Assembly (NCBI GenBank): GCA_045130665.1
Contig: JBGUQC010000004.1
Coordinates: 434,283 to 498,282 of the forward strand
DNA: 64,000 nucleotides
Source of the DNA: Christensenellales bacterium
GTDB lineage: Bacteria > Bacillota > Clostridia > Christensenellales > CAG-917
Direction: 5' to 3'
Shown piece after piece: positions 27,539 to 37,098 of the stretch (position 1 is the first letter of the stretch; the number at the start of each line of letters is the position of its first letter). Both the position numbers and the translations under genes were made by a program. Below the pieces are notes generated by a model. The model saw only the letters and a program-made list of their open reading frames with translations. It was not told the origin of the DNA and did not search any database.

Positions 27539-28618
27539 ATGAGAGTTTATAACTTTTCAGCAGGCCCAACAATGTTACCACTTGAGGTACTAAAAGAGGC
27601 AGGAACAAATATCGAAGATTACAATGGTTCAGGAATGTCCGTTATGGAAATGAGCCACCGTTCAAAATGGTATGAACCAATTCATGATGAATGTTTAGCA
27701 TTAGTTCGTGAATTAATGGAAGTACCAGAAGATTACGAGATCTTACTCGTTCAAGGCGGCGCTTCACAACAATTCGCAGCTATCCCACTCAACTTAATGA
27801 CAACAGGAAAAGCAGATTATATCGTAACAGGTAACTTCGCAAAGAAAGCTTATGAGGAAGCTTTAAAATATGGAGATATCAAACTTGTTGCTTCATCTGA
27901 GGATGCAAAATATACATTCATTCCAAAGACAAAGAGAGAAGATTTCAGAAAAGATGCAAGTTATGTACACATTACTGAAAATAACACAATCTTCGGATTA
28001 AAATATCATACACTTCCAGACACAGGAGATATCCCACTCGTTGCAGACTTATCTTCATGTATCTTATCCGAATACACAGATGTTTCTAAATATGGTTTAA
28101 TCTATGCTGGTGCACAAAAGAACTTAGCACCTGCAGGTGTAACTCTTGTAATCGTTAAGAAAGACTTAATTGGAAAACAAATGCCAATTTGTCCAACAAT
28201 GCTTGCATATGAAACACAAGCTGGAAAGAATAAGTCCTTATACAATACCCCACCATGTTGGTGTATCTATGTTATGATGCTCAACCTTCGTTACTTAAAG
28301 AAGATGGGTGGCGTAAAAGTTATGGAAAAAATTAACAAAGAAAAAGCAGCTATGCTTTATGATTTCATTGATAATTCTACATTCTTCACAAACCCAGTTG
28401 CAGTTGAAGATCGTTCAATCATGAACGTTCCATTCAGAACTCCAAACGAGGAATTAGATGCACTCTTCATCGCAGAAGCACAAAAAGAAGGTTTAGTTAC
28501 ACTAAAAGGTCACCGTCTTGCTGGTGGTATGAGAGCTTCTATTTACAATGCAATGCCAGTTGAAGGTGTTAAGAAATTAATCGAAGTCATGGCAAAATTT
28601 GAAAAGGAACATAAATAA
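27539..28618 (+). CDS. serC: phosphoserine aminotransferase
   Basis: 359 aa with YNFSAGPTMLP, GGASQQFAAIP and GAQKNLAPAGVT. SD is AAAGGAG. Confidence 0.9.
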   Translation: MRVYNFSAGPTMLPLEVLKEAGTNIEDYNGSGMSVMEMSHRSKWYEPIHDECLALVRELMEVPEDYEILLVQGGASQQFAAIPLNLMTTGKADYIVTGNFAKKAYEEALKYGDIKLVASSEDAKYTFIPKTKREDFRKDASYVHITENNTIFGLKYHTLPDTGDIPLVADLSSCILSEYTDVSKYGLIYAGAQKNLAPAGVTLVIVKKDLIGKQMPICPTMLAYETQAGKNKSLYNTPPCWCIYVMMLNLRYLKKMGGVKVMEKINKEKAAMLYDFIDNSTFFTNPVAVEDRSIMNVPFRTPNEELDALFIAEAQKEGLVTLKGHRLAGGMRASIYNAMPVEGVKKLIEVMAKFEKEHK

Positions 28619-28620
28619 TT

Positions 28621-29724
28621 ATGGCAGAAATTATTAAATTAAATTCTATATCCCCAAAGGCAAATGATGTTTTAAAGGGATACAAATTAGTAGACGAATC
28701 AAGCAAACCAATTGCTGCACTTGTAAGAAGCTTCGTTATGAATGATTGGGAAGTCCCATCATCATTAATCGCAGTTGCAAGAGCTGGCGCTGGTGTAAAC
28801 AATATTCCATGTGCAGACTATGCAAAAAAAGGAATCGTTGTTTTCAATACTCCTGGTGCAAACGCAAATGCAGTTAAGGAATTAGTTATTGCATCTATGC
28901 TTTTAGCAGCAAGAAATATCTTCCCTGCAATCTCTTGGGCACAAACGTTAACAGGAGACGATGTAAAGAAGCAAGTTGAAAAAGGCAAAGGCGCATATGC
29001 TGGTACAGAAATCATGGGCAAAACACTAGGTGTTTTAGGTCTTGGTGCAATTGGTAGAAAAGTTGCTATCTCTGCAAAAGCATTAGGCATGACAGTTATT
29101 GGTTATGATCCATACTTAAGCGAACTTGCAAAGAAAGAAATCCCATTTGTAGAAATTAAAGAAACAATGGCTGAAGTATATAAAGAAGCAGACTTCATCA
29201 CACTTCATATGCCACTCACTCCAGAACTTAAAGGCTTCTTAAATAAAGATGCTTTCAAGAAGATGAATAACGGAGTTATTATCATTAATGCTGCACGTGG
29301 AGAATTAGTAAACATCGCAGATATGAAAGAAGCAATTGAAGAAGGCAAAGTTAGAGCATATGTTGTAGACTTCCCAGATGGAGATTGCTTAAATTCAAAG
29401 AATATCATTCCAACCCCACACCTTGGTGCAAGCACAGAGGAAGCTGAAGACAATTGCGCAGTAATGGCTGCACAAGAGTTAAAGGAATATATTGAATTAG
29501 GAAATGTTGTAAACTCAGTAAACTTCCCTAATATCGCTATTGAAAAGAATGCTGCTCATCGTGCAACAGTTATTTCAGTAGATAAAGGCGAAAGATTAGT
29601 AGATGGTGCTGTTGAAAGAGCAAAAGATGGCATAAGATACTCAATTTTAGAGTCCGATTCAGACATTGATATCAATGCTTTGAAGAAGTTAGACGGAGTA
29701 ATCATGGTAAGATCAATATTCTAA
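28621..29724 (+). CDS. serA: D-3-phosphoglycerate dehydrogenase (2-hydroxyacid dehydrogenase family)
   Basis: 367 aa with the NAD fold GVLGLGAIGRKVA, followed by RGELV and PHLGASTEEA. It starts 2 nt after serC. Confidence 0.8.
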   Translation: MAEIIKLNSISPKANDVLKGYKLVDESSKPIAALVRSFVMNDWEVPSSLIAVARAGAGVNNIPCADYAKKGIVVFNTPGANANAVKELVIASMLLAARNIFPAISWAQTLTGDDVKKQVEKGKGAYAGTEIMGKTLGVLGLGAIGRKVAISAKALGMTVIGYDPYLSELAKKEIPFVEIKETMAEVYKEADFITLHMPLTPELKGFLNKDAFKKMNNGVIIINAARGELVNIADMKEAIEEGKVRAYVVDFPDGDCLNSKNIIPTPHLGASTEEAEDNCAVMAAQELKEYIELGNVVNSVNFPNIAIEKNAAHRATVISVDKGERLVDGAVERAKDGIRYSILESDSDIDINALKKLDGVIMVRSIF

Positions 29725-29756
29725 TTTTTCGATATTCTAACCACGTCAAATTAATT

Positions 29757-29787
29757 AAGAGGCACCGATTAAGGTGCTTCTTTTTTA
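29757..29787 (+). terminator. serCA terminator
   Basis: GAGGCACC-gattaa-GGTGCTTC followed by TTTTTT. Confidence 0.75.
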
Positions 29788-29791
29788 CTCA

Positions 29792-29811
29792 TTAAAAAGC
29801 GCGCTTTTTAA
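29792..29811. promoter_or_regulatory. perfect 20-bp palindrome TTAAAAAGCGCGCTTTTTAA abutting the GH3 promoter
   Basis: Read directly from the sequence. It ends 5 nt before the -35 hexamer at 29817. Confidence 0.35.
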
Positions 29812-29816
29812 TATAC

Positions 29817-29845
29817 TTGCATAGAAACAAAATTTTTGGTATAGT
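29817..29845 (+). promoter_or_regulatory. sigma-A-type promoter of the GH3 gene
   Basis: TTGCAT, a 17-nt spacer, then TATAGT. Confidence 0.45.
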
Positions 29846-29887
29846 TAATTTTAGACTAAAATTAATTTTTAATTCAAAGGATTTATT

Positions 29888-32335
29888 ATGGAAGAAAAAG
29901 ATTATCTACAAATTTTGAAAGATTTAACCCTTGAAGAAAAAGCCTCTCTTTGTTCAGGTGACACATTCTGGACAACTAAAGCAATTGAAAGAGTTGGTAT
30001 TCCTTCAGTTAGAGTTTCGGATGGCCCAAACGGACTAAGAAGAGAAAAAGACACTGGTGGCACAAACGTTATGCAAGTATCCGAACCAGCAACATGTTTC
30101 CCTACTGCTGTTACCGCTGCATCTACTTGGAATGAAGAGTTGATCCAAGAAGAAGGTAAAGCAATAGCAAACGAAGCATTATCTCTTGGTGTAACAACCG
30201 TTTTAGGACCTGGCGTAAATATTAAGCGTTCTCCTCTCTGTGGAAGAAACTTTGAATACTTCTCAGAAGATCCATATTTAGCAGGAAAAATGGGTGCAGC
30301 ATGGATTCATGGTGTACAAAGTGAAAACGTTGGTGTTTCTCTTAAACACTTCTTCGCTAACAACCAAGAACACTTAAGAATGATGATAGACTCAATCATT
30401 GACGAAAGAGCAATGAGAGAAATCTATCTCCCAGCTTTTGAATATATCGTAAAGACAGAAAACCCAACAACATTAATGTGCTGCTATAACAAAATCAATG
30501 GAACATATGGTTCAGATAATAAGTTAGCACTTACATCTCTTTTAAGAGATGAATGGGGATTCAAAGGCATAGTAATGAGTGACTGGGGCGCTGTTAATGA
30601 CAGAGTTGAAGGTATCCGTGCTGGATTAGACCTCGAAATGCCAGGAAATAAGGGCATTAATGACAAACTCATCGTTAAGGCAGTAAAAGATGGTTCACTC
30701 TCCGAAGCTGAATTAGATAAAGTTGCTCTTAGAATGATTAAGTTCGCATTTGAAAGCAAAGAGAAAGAAAAACAAGTCGAAGCTAACACTGAACAAAACA
30801 ATGATATTGCAAGAAGAATTGCAGAAGAAGGCGCTGTATTATTAAAGAATGATGACAAGGCACTTCCAATCAAGCCAGAACAAAACATCGCAGTTATTGG
30901 TGCTCTTGCAAAACACATGAGATATCAAGGTTCAGGTTCATCCAATATAAATCCTACACACCTCACTTCTTTCTTAGATGCAATGAACGAAGCAGGCCAA
31001 GCATACGAATATGCTGATGGTTATAAACTCAAGGGAGATGGATATTCCAAGGCATTAATTAAGAAAGCATGTAAGGTTGCTAAAGATAAAGATGCGGTAT
31101 TAGTATTCATTGGATTAACAGATGACTACGAGAGCGAAGGATTTGATAGAAAACATATCAACCTCCCAGATTCACATAATACCTTAATTGAAGAATTATT
31201 AAAGGTTAACGAGAATATCATCGTTGTATTATCCGGTGGTTCACCAATGAAGATCTCCAAGTGGGATAAGAAAGTTAAATCTATTCTTAACTTATACCTC
31301 GGTGGACAAGTTGGTGGTAAAGCTGCATATAACCTTATTTATGGTAAAGTTAACCCAAGTGGTAAACTTGCAGAAACATTCCCATTAAGAAATCATGATA
31401 ATATCGTAAGCAGATACTTCCCACACGGACCAAGAACAGTTGAATATAGAGAAAGCGTATTCGTTGGTTACCGTTACTTCGATACAGCAGAAAAAGAAGT
31501 TGCTTATCCATTCGGATTTGGTCTCAGCTATACACAATTCGAATATAGTGACCTTAAACTCTCTGCAGCAAAGATAAACGAAGGAGATCCGTTCACTGTA
31601 TCATTTAAAGTAAAGAACGTTGGTGATGTAGCTGGTGCAGAAATTGCTCAATTATATGTATCAGATGTTGAATCCTCTATCTTCCGTCCAAAGAAAGAAT
31701 TAAAGGGTTTCAAGAAGATATTCCTTGAACCAGGCGAAGAAAAGGAAATCACAATTGAACTAAATAGCAGAGCATTCGCTTATTATAATGTATTAATTAA
31801 AGATTGGCACATTGAAAGCGGTGACTTCAATATATTAGTTGGTTCATCCAGCCGTAAGATTGAATTATCTGGTGTTGTTAATGTAACAAGCAAGAATCCA
31901 GATGCACCAATCCCAGATTACAGAGAGAATTCACCATACTACTATGATATCTCTGAAAAGGAAGAACAAAAGAAACGTATCCCACACGAACAATTCGCAG
32001 CATTATATGGCAAACCATTAATTGAAAATAAGCCATTTGAAAAGGGCGAGTTCACTATAAATAATACAATTGCACAAATCTCAGTAACTGGATTTGGTAA
32101 GTTCTTATACAATGTTCTTACATTCGGTGCAAGATTAGTTGCAATCGGTTCTTCAAACCCAGGCATGATTATTGAATCAGTTAAAGACTTACCAATTAGA
32201 GGTTTCTGTGGATTCACAGGTGGTCTTGTTTCATTCAAGTCCTGTGAAGGTATCGTAGATATCTGTAATGGTGTTAAAGGTGGATGGAAGAAATTCTTTG
32301 GTGGCTTCAAAAAAGAAAAAGAACCAAAAGAATAA
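29888..32335 (+). CDS. glycoside hydrolase family 3 beta-glucosidase-like enzyme with Fn3-like domain and C-terminal extension
   Basis: 815 aa with SDGPNGLR, KHFFANNQE, the nucleophile region GIVMSDWGA, and an Fn3-like block LKGFKKIFLEPGEEKEI. Confidence 0.85.
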   Translation: MEEKDYLQILKDLTLEEKASLCSGDTFWTTKAIERVGIPSVRVSDGPNGLRREKDTGGTNVMQVSEPATCFPTAVTAASTWNEELIQEEGKAIANEALSLGVTTVLGPGVNIKRSPLCGRNFEYFSEDPYLAGKMGAAWIHGVQSENVGVSLKHFFANNQEHLRMMIDSIIDERAMREIYLPAFEYIVKTENPTTLMCCYNKINGTYGSDNKLALTSLLRDEWGFKGIVMSDWGAVNDRVEGIRAGLDLEMPGNKGINDKLIVKAVKDGSLSEAELDKVALRMIKFAFESKEKEKQVEANTEQNNDIARRIAEEGAVLLKNDDKALPIKPEQNIAVIGALAKHMRYQGSGSSNINPTHLTSFLDAMNEAGQAYEYADGYKLKGDGYSKALIKKACKVAKDKDAVLVFIGLTDDYESEGFDRKHINLPDSHNTLIEELLKVNENIIVVLSGGSPMKISKWDKKVKSILNLYLGGQVGGKAAYNLIYGKVNPSGKLAETFPLRNHDNIVSRYFPHGPRTVEYRESVFVGYRYFDTAEKEVAYPFGFGLSYTQFEYSDLKLSAAKINEGDPFTVSFKVKNVGDVAGAEIAQLYVSDVESSIFRPKKELKGFKKIFLEPGEEKEITIELNSRAFAYYNVLIKDWHIESGDFNILVGSSSRKIELSGVVNVTSKNPDAPIPDYRENSPYYYDISEKEEQKKRIPHEQFAALYGKPLIENKPFEKGEFTINNTIAQISVTGFGKFLYNVLTFGARLVAIGSSNPGMIIESVKDLPIRGFCGFTGGLVSFKSCEGIVDICNGVKGGWKKFFGGFKKEKEPKE

Positions 32336-32344
32336 TTTCTAACT

Positions 32345-32385
32345 AAATAAAAAATAAGGGGGCGTTTGTGCGCTCCCTTTTATTT
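32345..32385. terminator. bidirectional terminator between GH3 and metH
   Basis: AAGGGGGCG-tttgtg-CGCTCCCTT flanked by A- and T-runs. Confidence 0.7.
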
Positions 32386-32401
32386 ATATGTTGTATATAG
32401 A

Positions 32402-34780
32402 TTATAGTCCTTGAAATATAGTATCTGCATATCGTACAGTTTCCATTGCGTCCTTTGCATACTTATCTGCTCCCATCTTATCAGCATACTCTTTTGTTAA
32501 TACTGCACCACCAACAACTACCTTACACCATGGTGCTTGCTCTTTAAGAAGTGCTACTGTCTTTTCCATTGCAGGTACTGTTGTTGTCATTAAAGCAGAC
32601 AATCCACATAATGGAGCATGGCGTTTAACAACTTCATTAACTATATCTATCTCAGGTACATCCTTACCTAAATCTATAACATTGAAGCCGTAGTTCTCAA
32701 GCAATAACTTTACTATATTTTTACCTATATCATGTATGTCTCCATGTACTGTTGCAATAACAAAATCGCACTTTAAAGTCTTGTTTATGCTACGTGAACT
32801 CGATTTTATCTCTTCAAAAGCAGCTTTAGCAGATTCTGCACTGAGTAATAATTGTGGTAAATATATCTGCTTATTTTCATATCTTACACCAACCTCATCC
32901 AGTGCCGGTATAACTTCACTGTTAATAACATCTAGTGCGTCTTTGTCTTTAAGTAAGTTCTTTGTACAAATAGATGCTTCCTCTTTTAATCCACGGATAA
33001 TTGCATCCTTTAGGGTGTAGTCTACTCTCTCCTGCTTTGGAACTACTGGTATTATTTGTTCACTTATATTTGCAATAAACTCTTTGAAGTTAATATCTTT
33101 CTTGTTAGATTTATCAAAGGTCAAGATACTCTTCATTACTACTTCAGAGAATGGATTAATAATCGCGCTATCCAATCCATTGTTAAGAGCAAGAGATAAG
33201 AATGTGGCATTTATATTCTCTCTATCTGGCATGCCAAATGAAACATTGGAAATACCTAAAGATGTAAAGCAGCCTGTTTTCTCTTTAATGAGCTTAATAG
33301 CATTCACTGTTGTGTCTCCTGCATTTGGATCAACACTAACTGTTAAACATAATGGGTCAAAGATAATATCCTTTTTATCTATGCCATACTTTTGAGCCTC
33401 ATTGAGTATCTTAAGAGCAATACTACATCTTCCCTCTGCCGTATCAGGAATACCGTTCTCATCTAATGTTAAAGCAATAACAACTCCGCCATACTTTTTT
33501 GCAATTGGGAATATGGCCTCCATACTCTCTTTCTTGCCATTTACAGAGTTAATTAATGGTTTTCCATTATAAACTCTAATAGCCTTCTCTACCGCATTGT
33601 AGTTGGATGAGTCTATTTGTAGTGGCAAATCCACAACAGCTTGCAAACGAGCAACTGTTTGTGGAAGGAGTTCTTCTTCATTAATATCTGGAATACCAAC
33701 GTTAACGTCTAATACATCTGCATTGTTATCTGCCTGAGAAATACCCTCTTTAAGGATATATGACATATCTTTTTCAATAAGTGCTTGTTTGAAACGCTTC
33801 TTTCCTGTTGGATTAATTCTTTCACCTATAACAATAGGCTTTAATCCCCAGCGCAACTCATGTGAATAAGAACTAATTCTTGTTATATTTTTATATGTAA
33901 TATCTTTTGCTCTTTTGCCCTGAACATATTGAGATAATAACTCGATATATTCTGGTGTAGTACCACAGCATCCGCCAATAACTCTTACACCTTTATCCAC
34001 AGATTCACTTACGCACTGAGCAAAACTCTTTGCAGTTACATCATAAATGGCTAATCCATCTAAATTATGTGGCATACCGGCATTTGGCATAAAGATTACT
34101 GGTAATGAAGTAGATTCTAATAGTTCATCAATAACGCCTTCTAACTCTTTTGGACCAAACGAACAGTTTGCACCAATAGCATCTACGCCTAAGCCCTCTA
34201 ACATACATGCCATAGCGGATGGAGATGCACCTGTCATAAGCTTTCCATTCTCACCGTAAGCATTGGATACAAATATTGGTAAGCTGCTATTCTCTTTAGC
34301 GGCAATTACACATGCTTTAGTCTCGTAGCTATCATTCATTGTTTGAATGAATATTACATCAACCCCACACTTATCTATAATACGTACTGTCTTTGCAAAT
34401 ACTTCAATTGCATCTTCAAATTTCAAATCTCCATAAGGCTCAAGTAACTTTCCAATAGGACCAATATCTGCAGCAACAAACTTCTCTTGCTTTCCAGTAG
34501 ATAACTCTTTTGCCTTCTTTACATTGGCAATTGCCGAGGAAATCACTTGTTCAAGCTCTTCATCATTAAATTTGAGAGCATTGGCACCAAAGGTATTTGC
34601 AGACACAATATTACTGCCTGCATTATAATAAGATTTATGTAAGTTAATAAGCACATCACTGTGTGTTACATTCCATCTTTCAGGTAATGAACCAACTTTC
34701 AGCCCTGCTTTTTGCAGTTCTGTTCCAGTTGCTCCATCTAGGATTACTATATTGTTTTTCAAAAACTCTCTTAAATCCAT
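32402..34780 (-). CDS. metH: cobalamin-dependent methionine synthase core (Hcy-binding, pterin-binding, B12-binding; no activation domain)
   Basis: The start is set at ATG 34780 (MDLREFLKNNIVILDGATGTELQ). It has GGCCGTTPE, a pterin-binding barrel, and the B12 motif ATVHGDIHDIGKNIV. Confidence 0.85.
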   Translation of the reverse strand: MDLREFLKNNIVILDGATGTELQKAGLKVGSLPERWNVTHSDVLINLHKSYYNAGSNIVSANTFGANALKFNDEELEQVISSAIANVKKAKELSTGKQEKFVAADIGPIGKLLEPYGDLKFEDAIEVFAKTVRIIDKCGVDVIFIQTMNDSYETKACVIAAKENSSLPIFVSNAYGENGKLMTGASPSAMACMLEGLGVDAIGANCSFGPKELEGVIDELLESTSLPVIFMPNAGMPHNLDGLAIYDVTAKSFAQCVSESVDKGVRVIGGCCGTTPEYIELLSQYVQGKRAKDITYKNITRISSYSHELRWGLKPIVIGERINPTGKKRFKQALIEKDMSYILKEGISQADNNADVLDVNVGIPDINEEELLPQTVARLQAVVDLPLQIDSSNYNAVEKAIRVYNGKPLINSVNGKKESMEAIFPIAKKYGGVVIALTLDENGIPDTAEGRCSIALKILNEAQKYGIDKKDIIFDPLCLTVSVDPNAGDTTVNAIKLIKEKTGCFTSLGISNVSFGMPDRENINATFLSLALNNGLDSAIINPFSEVVMKSILTFDKSNKKDINFKEFIANISEQIIPVVPKQERVDYTLKDAIIRGLKEEASICTKNLLKDKDALDVINSEVIPALDEVGVRYENKQIYLPQLLLSAESAKAAFEEIKSSSRSINKTLKCDFVIATVHGDIHDIGKNIVKLLLENYGFNVIDLGKDVPEIDIVNEVVKRHAPLCGLSALMTTTVPAMEKTVALLKEQAPWCKVVVGGAVLTKEYADKMGADKYAKDAMETVRYADTIFQGL

Positions 34781-34781
34781 A

Positions 34782-35438
34782 TTACCTTCTATACTCACAA
34801 TCTTCTTTGTCACAAGACATACAGTCTTCATCTTTTCTACAATCTCCATTAATACCAACTATTGCAGTAACGGATTTAGATGGAGACATAAGCAAACTAT
34901 CATTAAGTGTTATACCAATACTCTTTTCAGGCTTTAGTAATGCAAATACATCTTTTTGTGTTTCAAGAGATAAATCTCCATAACCAGGTGAAAAGCGTTT
35001 TGTAAGCTTAACTTTCTTTTCGTCCTCATATTCTTTAATGAATATGTCTATGAATGTTTCTACTCGCTCTGCACCTATTGCTTGAATCACTAATGCCTTT
35101 AATTCATCTATTTGAGAATACTTTTGAATAAGTCTATCTATTCCCATTCCAATGGTGCATGCAAATATTATAGCCTTGTTTGTTCCGTTTAAGACATGTG
35201 CTAAATTTGCACTTATCATCTTAATATCCCCGAAATCTATAACATCTTCAATAATGTTTAATGGTAGTTCAACATAGCATACTGAAAAAGTGATATCTAT
35301 CTTTTCTAATTCTTTCCAACATGAAGCAATTATGCTCTCTAAACTAGCATCTAACTTCTTTGCACCAGTATATCTAACAATTTCATTGATGTTATATGGT
35401 GCATCTTTATAATTTTTCTTAGTTACTTCGTATATCAC
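34782..35438 (-). CDS. stand-alone methionine synthase activation (AdoMet-binding) domain protein with Cys-rich tail
   Basis: 218 aa with RFSPGYGD and SPSKSVTAIVGI, typical of the MetH reactivation domain. The tail is CRKDEDCMSCDKEDCEYRR. The GTG start overlaps the metF stop (GTGA). Confidence 0.7.
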   Translation of the reverse strand: MIYEVTKKNYKDAPYNINEIVRYTGAKKLDASLESIIASCWKELEKIDITFSVCYVELPLNIIEDVIDFGDIKMISANLAHVLNGTNKAIIFACTIGMGIDRLIQKYSQIDELKALVIQAIGAERVETFIDIFIKEYEDEKKVKLTKRFSPGYGDLSLETQKDVFALLKPEKSIGITLNDSLLMSPSKSVTAIVGINGDCRKDEDCMSCDKEDCEYRR

Positions 35439-36310
35439 TTTCCTAAAATATCCGTTAAGTTATTCATTATCTTTTGAGCAACATCTGGCTTGTTCATTGT
35501 ATAAAGGTGTACGTTTGTTACATTGTTTGCATATAGGTCTATGATTTGCTCTGTAGCATATGCAATACCGGCTTGTTTCATTGCTATTGGATCATCTCCA
35601 AATCTATCTACCAAATTGATAAACTTCTTTGGCATAAATGAACCAGATAACTTAATTGCTCTTTCTACTTGTTTTGCATTTGTAATTGGCATAATACCTG
35701 CAACAATTGGAACATTAATGCCAATATCTCTAATTTTATATAAGAAAGCATAAAGAAGATCATTATCAAAGAACATTTGTGTTGTTAAGAAATCAACACC
35801 AGCATCTACCTTCTCTTTAAGATGCATAATATCTTCTTTACTAGATGCACTTTCTGGGTGTGTTTCTGGATAACAAGCACCACCAATACAGAAATCTCCG
35901 CTTTCTTTGATCTCTCGAACAAGTTCAATTGCATGTTGATAATCCCATGTGGTTCTATCTTCATTAAGTCTATCTTCAGGAATATCCCCACGAAGAGCCA
36001 TAATATTTTCAATGCCTTTATCTTTAAAATCTTGTATACGATCTTTTATAGTTTTCTTACTTGAAGATACGCAAGTTAGGTGTGCTAATGTCTCGACATT
36101 GTATCTGTCTTTAATATTCTTTGCTATTTCAAGAGTATACTCACTTGTACCACCACCAGCACCATATGTTACAGAAACAAATGATGGATGAAGTGCTGCA
36201 ATCTTTTCAGTTGCATCTTTAATAACCTCGAAATTATCCTGTGTTTTTGGTGGAAAAACTTCAAACGAAAGAGATAATTCCTTACGATTTAGTATTTCAG
36301 TGAGCTTCAT
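35435..36310 (-). CDS. metF: methylenetetrahydrofolate reductase
   Basis: 291 aa with SFEVFPPKT, SVTYGAGG, ALRGD and TQMFFD. Confidence 0.85.
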   Translation of the reverse strand: MKLTEILNRKELSLSFEVFPPKTQDNFEVIKDATEKIAALHPSFVSVTYGAGGGTSEYTLEIAKNIKDRYNVETLAHLTCVSSSKKTIKDRIQDFKDKGIENIMALRGDIPEDRLNEDRTTWDYQHAIELVREIKESGDFCIGGACYPETHPESASSKEDIMHLKEKVDAGVDFLTTQMFFDNDLLYAFLYKIRDIGINVPIVAGIMPITNAKQVERAIKLSGSFMPKKFINLVDRFGDDPIAMKQAGIAYATEQIIDLYANNVTNVHLYTMNKPDVAQKIMNNLTDILGK

Positions 36311-36450
36311 AATATATCCATCCTCAAAATAAATGATAATAACTTTAGTCTATAAAGTATATCATTTAAGATTGCAAAAAAGCAATATAAAGAACCTTTC
36401 TATACTACCCTATTAAATTGACATTTCACCCCAAAAAATATATCCTAATT

Positions 36451-36550
36451 ATAGCGTAATTGAGTCTGAATAAGGAAAGCAGGGAAAGCGCGGTGCAATT
36501 CCGTCACAACAGCCATTAAGGTCAAAGTCCTATAGCCTGCCTTACGCTAA
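36451..36550 (+). promoter_or_regulatory. cobalamin riboswitch aptamer (short form lacking the long peripheral extension)
   Basis: P1 pairs TAGCGTAA (36452-59) with TTACGCTA (36542-49). The core reads AGGGAAAGCGCGGTGCAATTCCGTCACAACAGCC, and the B12-box-like 3' part is GTCAAAGTCCTATAGCCTGCC. TTGACA lies at 36418-23 upstream. Confidence 0.75.
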
Positions 36551-36604
36551 GATTGTATCTCGGGCATATGGAGAAAAATGCAGTCTTTATTTATATGTAT
36601 TATG

Positions 36605-36630
36605 AAGGTGCCCGAAAAGCACCTTTTTTT
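36605..36630 (+). terminator. riboswitch expression-platform terminator
   Basis: AAGGTGC-ccgaaaa-GCACCTT followed by TTTTT. The upstream CGGGCA (36561-66) can pair with TGCCCG in the 5' arm as an antiterminator. Confidence 0.7.
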
Positions 36631-36645
36631 ATAGGAGAGAAAGAA

Positions 36646-37095
36646 ATGAAAACAAGAAAAATTTTAGTATTATCATTAGCTTTAGTACTTTTAGTACTAT
36701 GTCTTTGTGCTTGTAGCGCAAAAGAAAATGAACAATCTCAAGATGATTTACCAACACCAATTGAACTAACTAGTACTGATTTATTTGTAGTTCTAACACC
36801 TGATGCCAGCAATGCTGGAACAACATTATTAGAATATATGAATAATGAAAAAGCTAATGGGAACATTGATTTCACTACCGATTCAACAAATATGGTAACC
36901 TCTATAAATGGCACTGCTAATCCGGCAGACTATAGTAAGTGTTGGATGTTATATACAACAGATTCTAATAATGCAAATGCCACATGGGGAAGAATTAAAT
37001 ATCAAAATACTATTTATGATTCTGCATCACTTGGTGCTGCAAGCCTCATAATTACAAATGGCGCTATTTATATTTGGTATTATCAATCATTTTAA
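36646..37095 (+). CDS. DUF4430-like lipoprotein (candidate surface cobalamin-binding protein)
   Basis: The start is set at ATG 36646 with SD AGGAGAG. MKTRKILVLSLALVLLVLCLCAC is a signal peptide plus lipobox. The C-terminal part (MVTSINGTAN...CWMLYTTDSNN...ASLGAASLIITNGAIYIWYY) matches the DUF4430 pattern as I remember it. Confidence 0.6.
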   Translation: MKTRKILVLSLALVLLVLCLCACSAKENEQSQDDLPTPIELTSTDLFVVLTPDASNAGTTLLEYMNNEKANGNIDFTTDSTNMVTSINGTANPADYSKCWMLYTTDSNNANATWGRIKYQNTIYDSASLGAASLIITNGAIYIWYYQSF

Positions 37096-37098
37096 TAA

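Noticed and set aside
36311-36450. SAM riboswitch or T-box upstream of metF-metH (minus strand)
   Set aside because: The region is AT-rich with no GC-rich helices. The structured RNA in this gap is on the opposite strand (the cobalamin riboswitch).
36553-36645. Track ORF start at 36553 (MYLGHMEKNAV...) for the DUF4430-like gene
   Set aside because: This extension runs through the riboswitch expression platform and terminator. The ATG at 36646 has a proper AGGAGAG SD and begins a canonical lipoprotein signal peptide.
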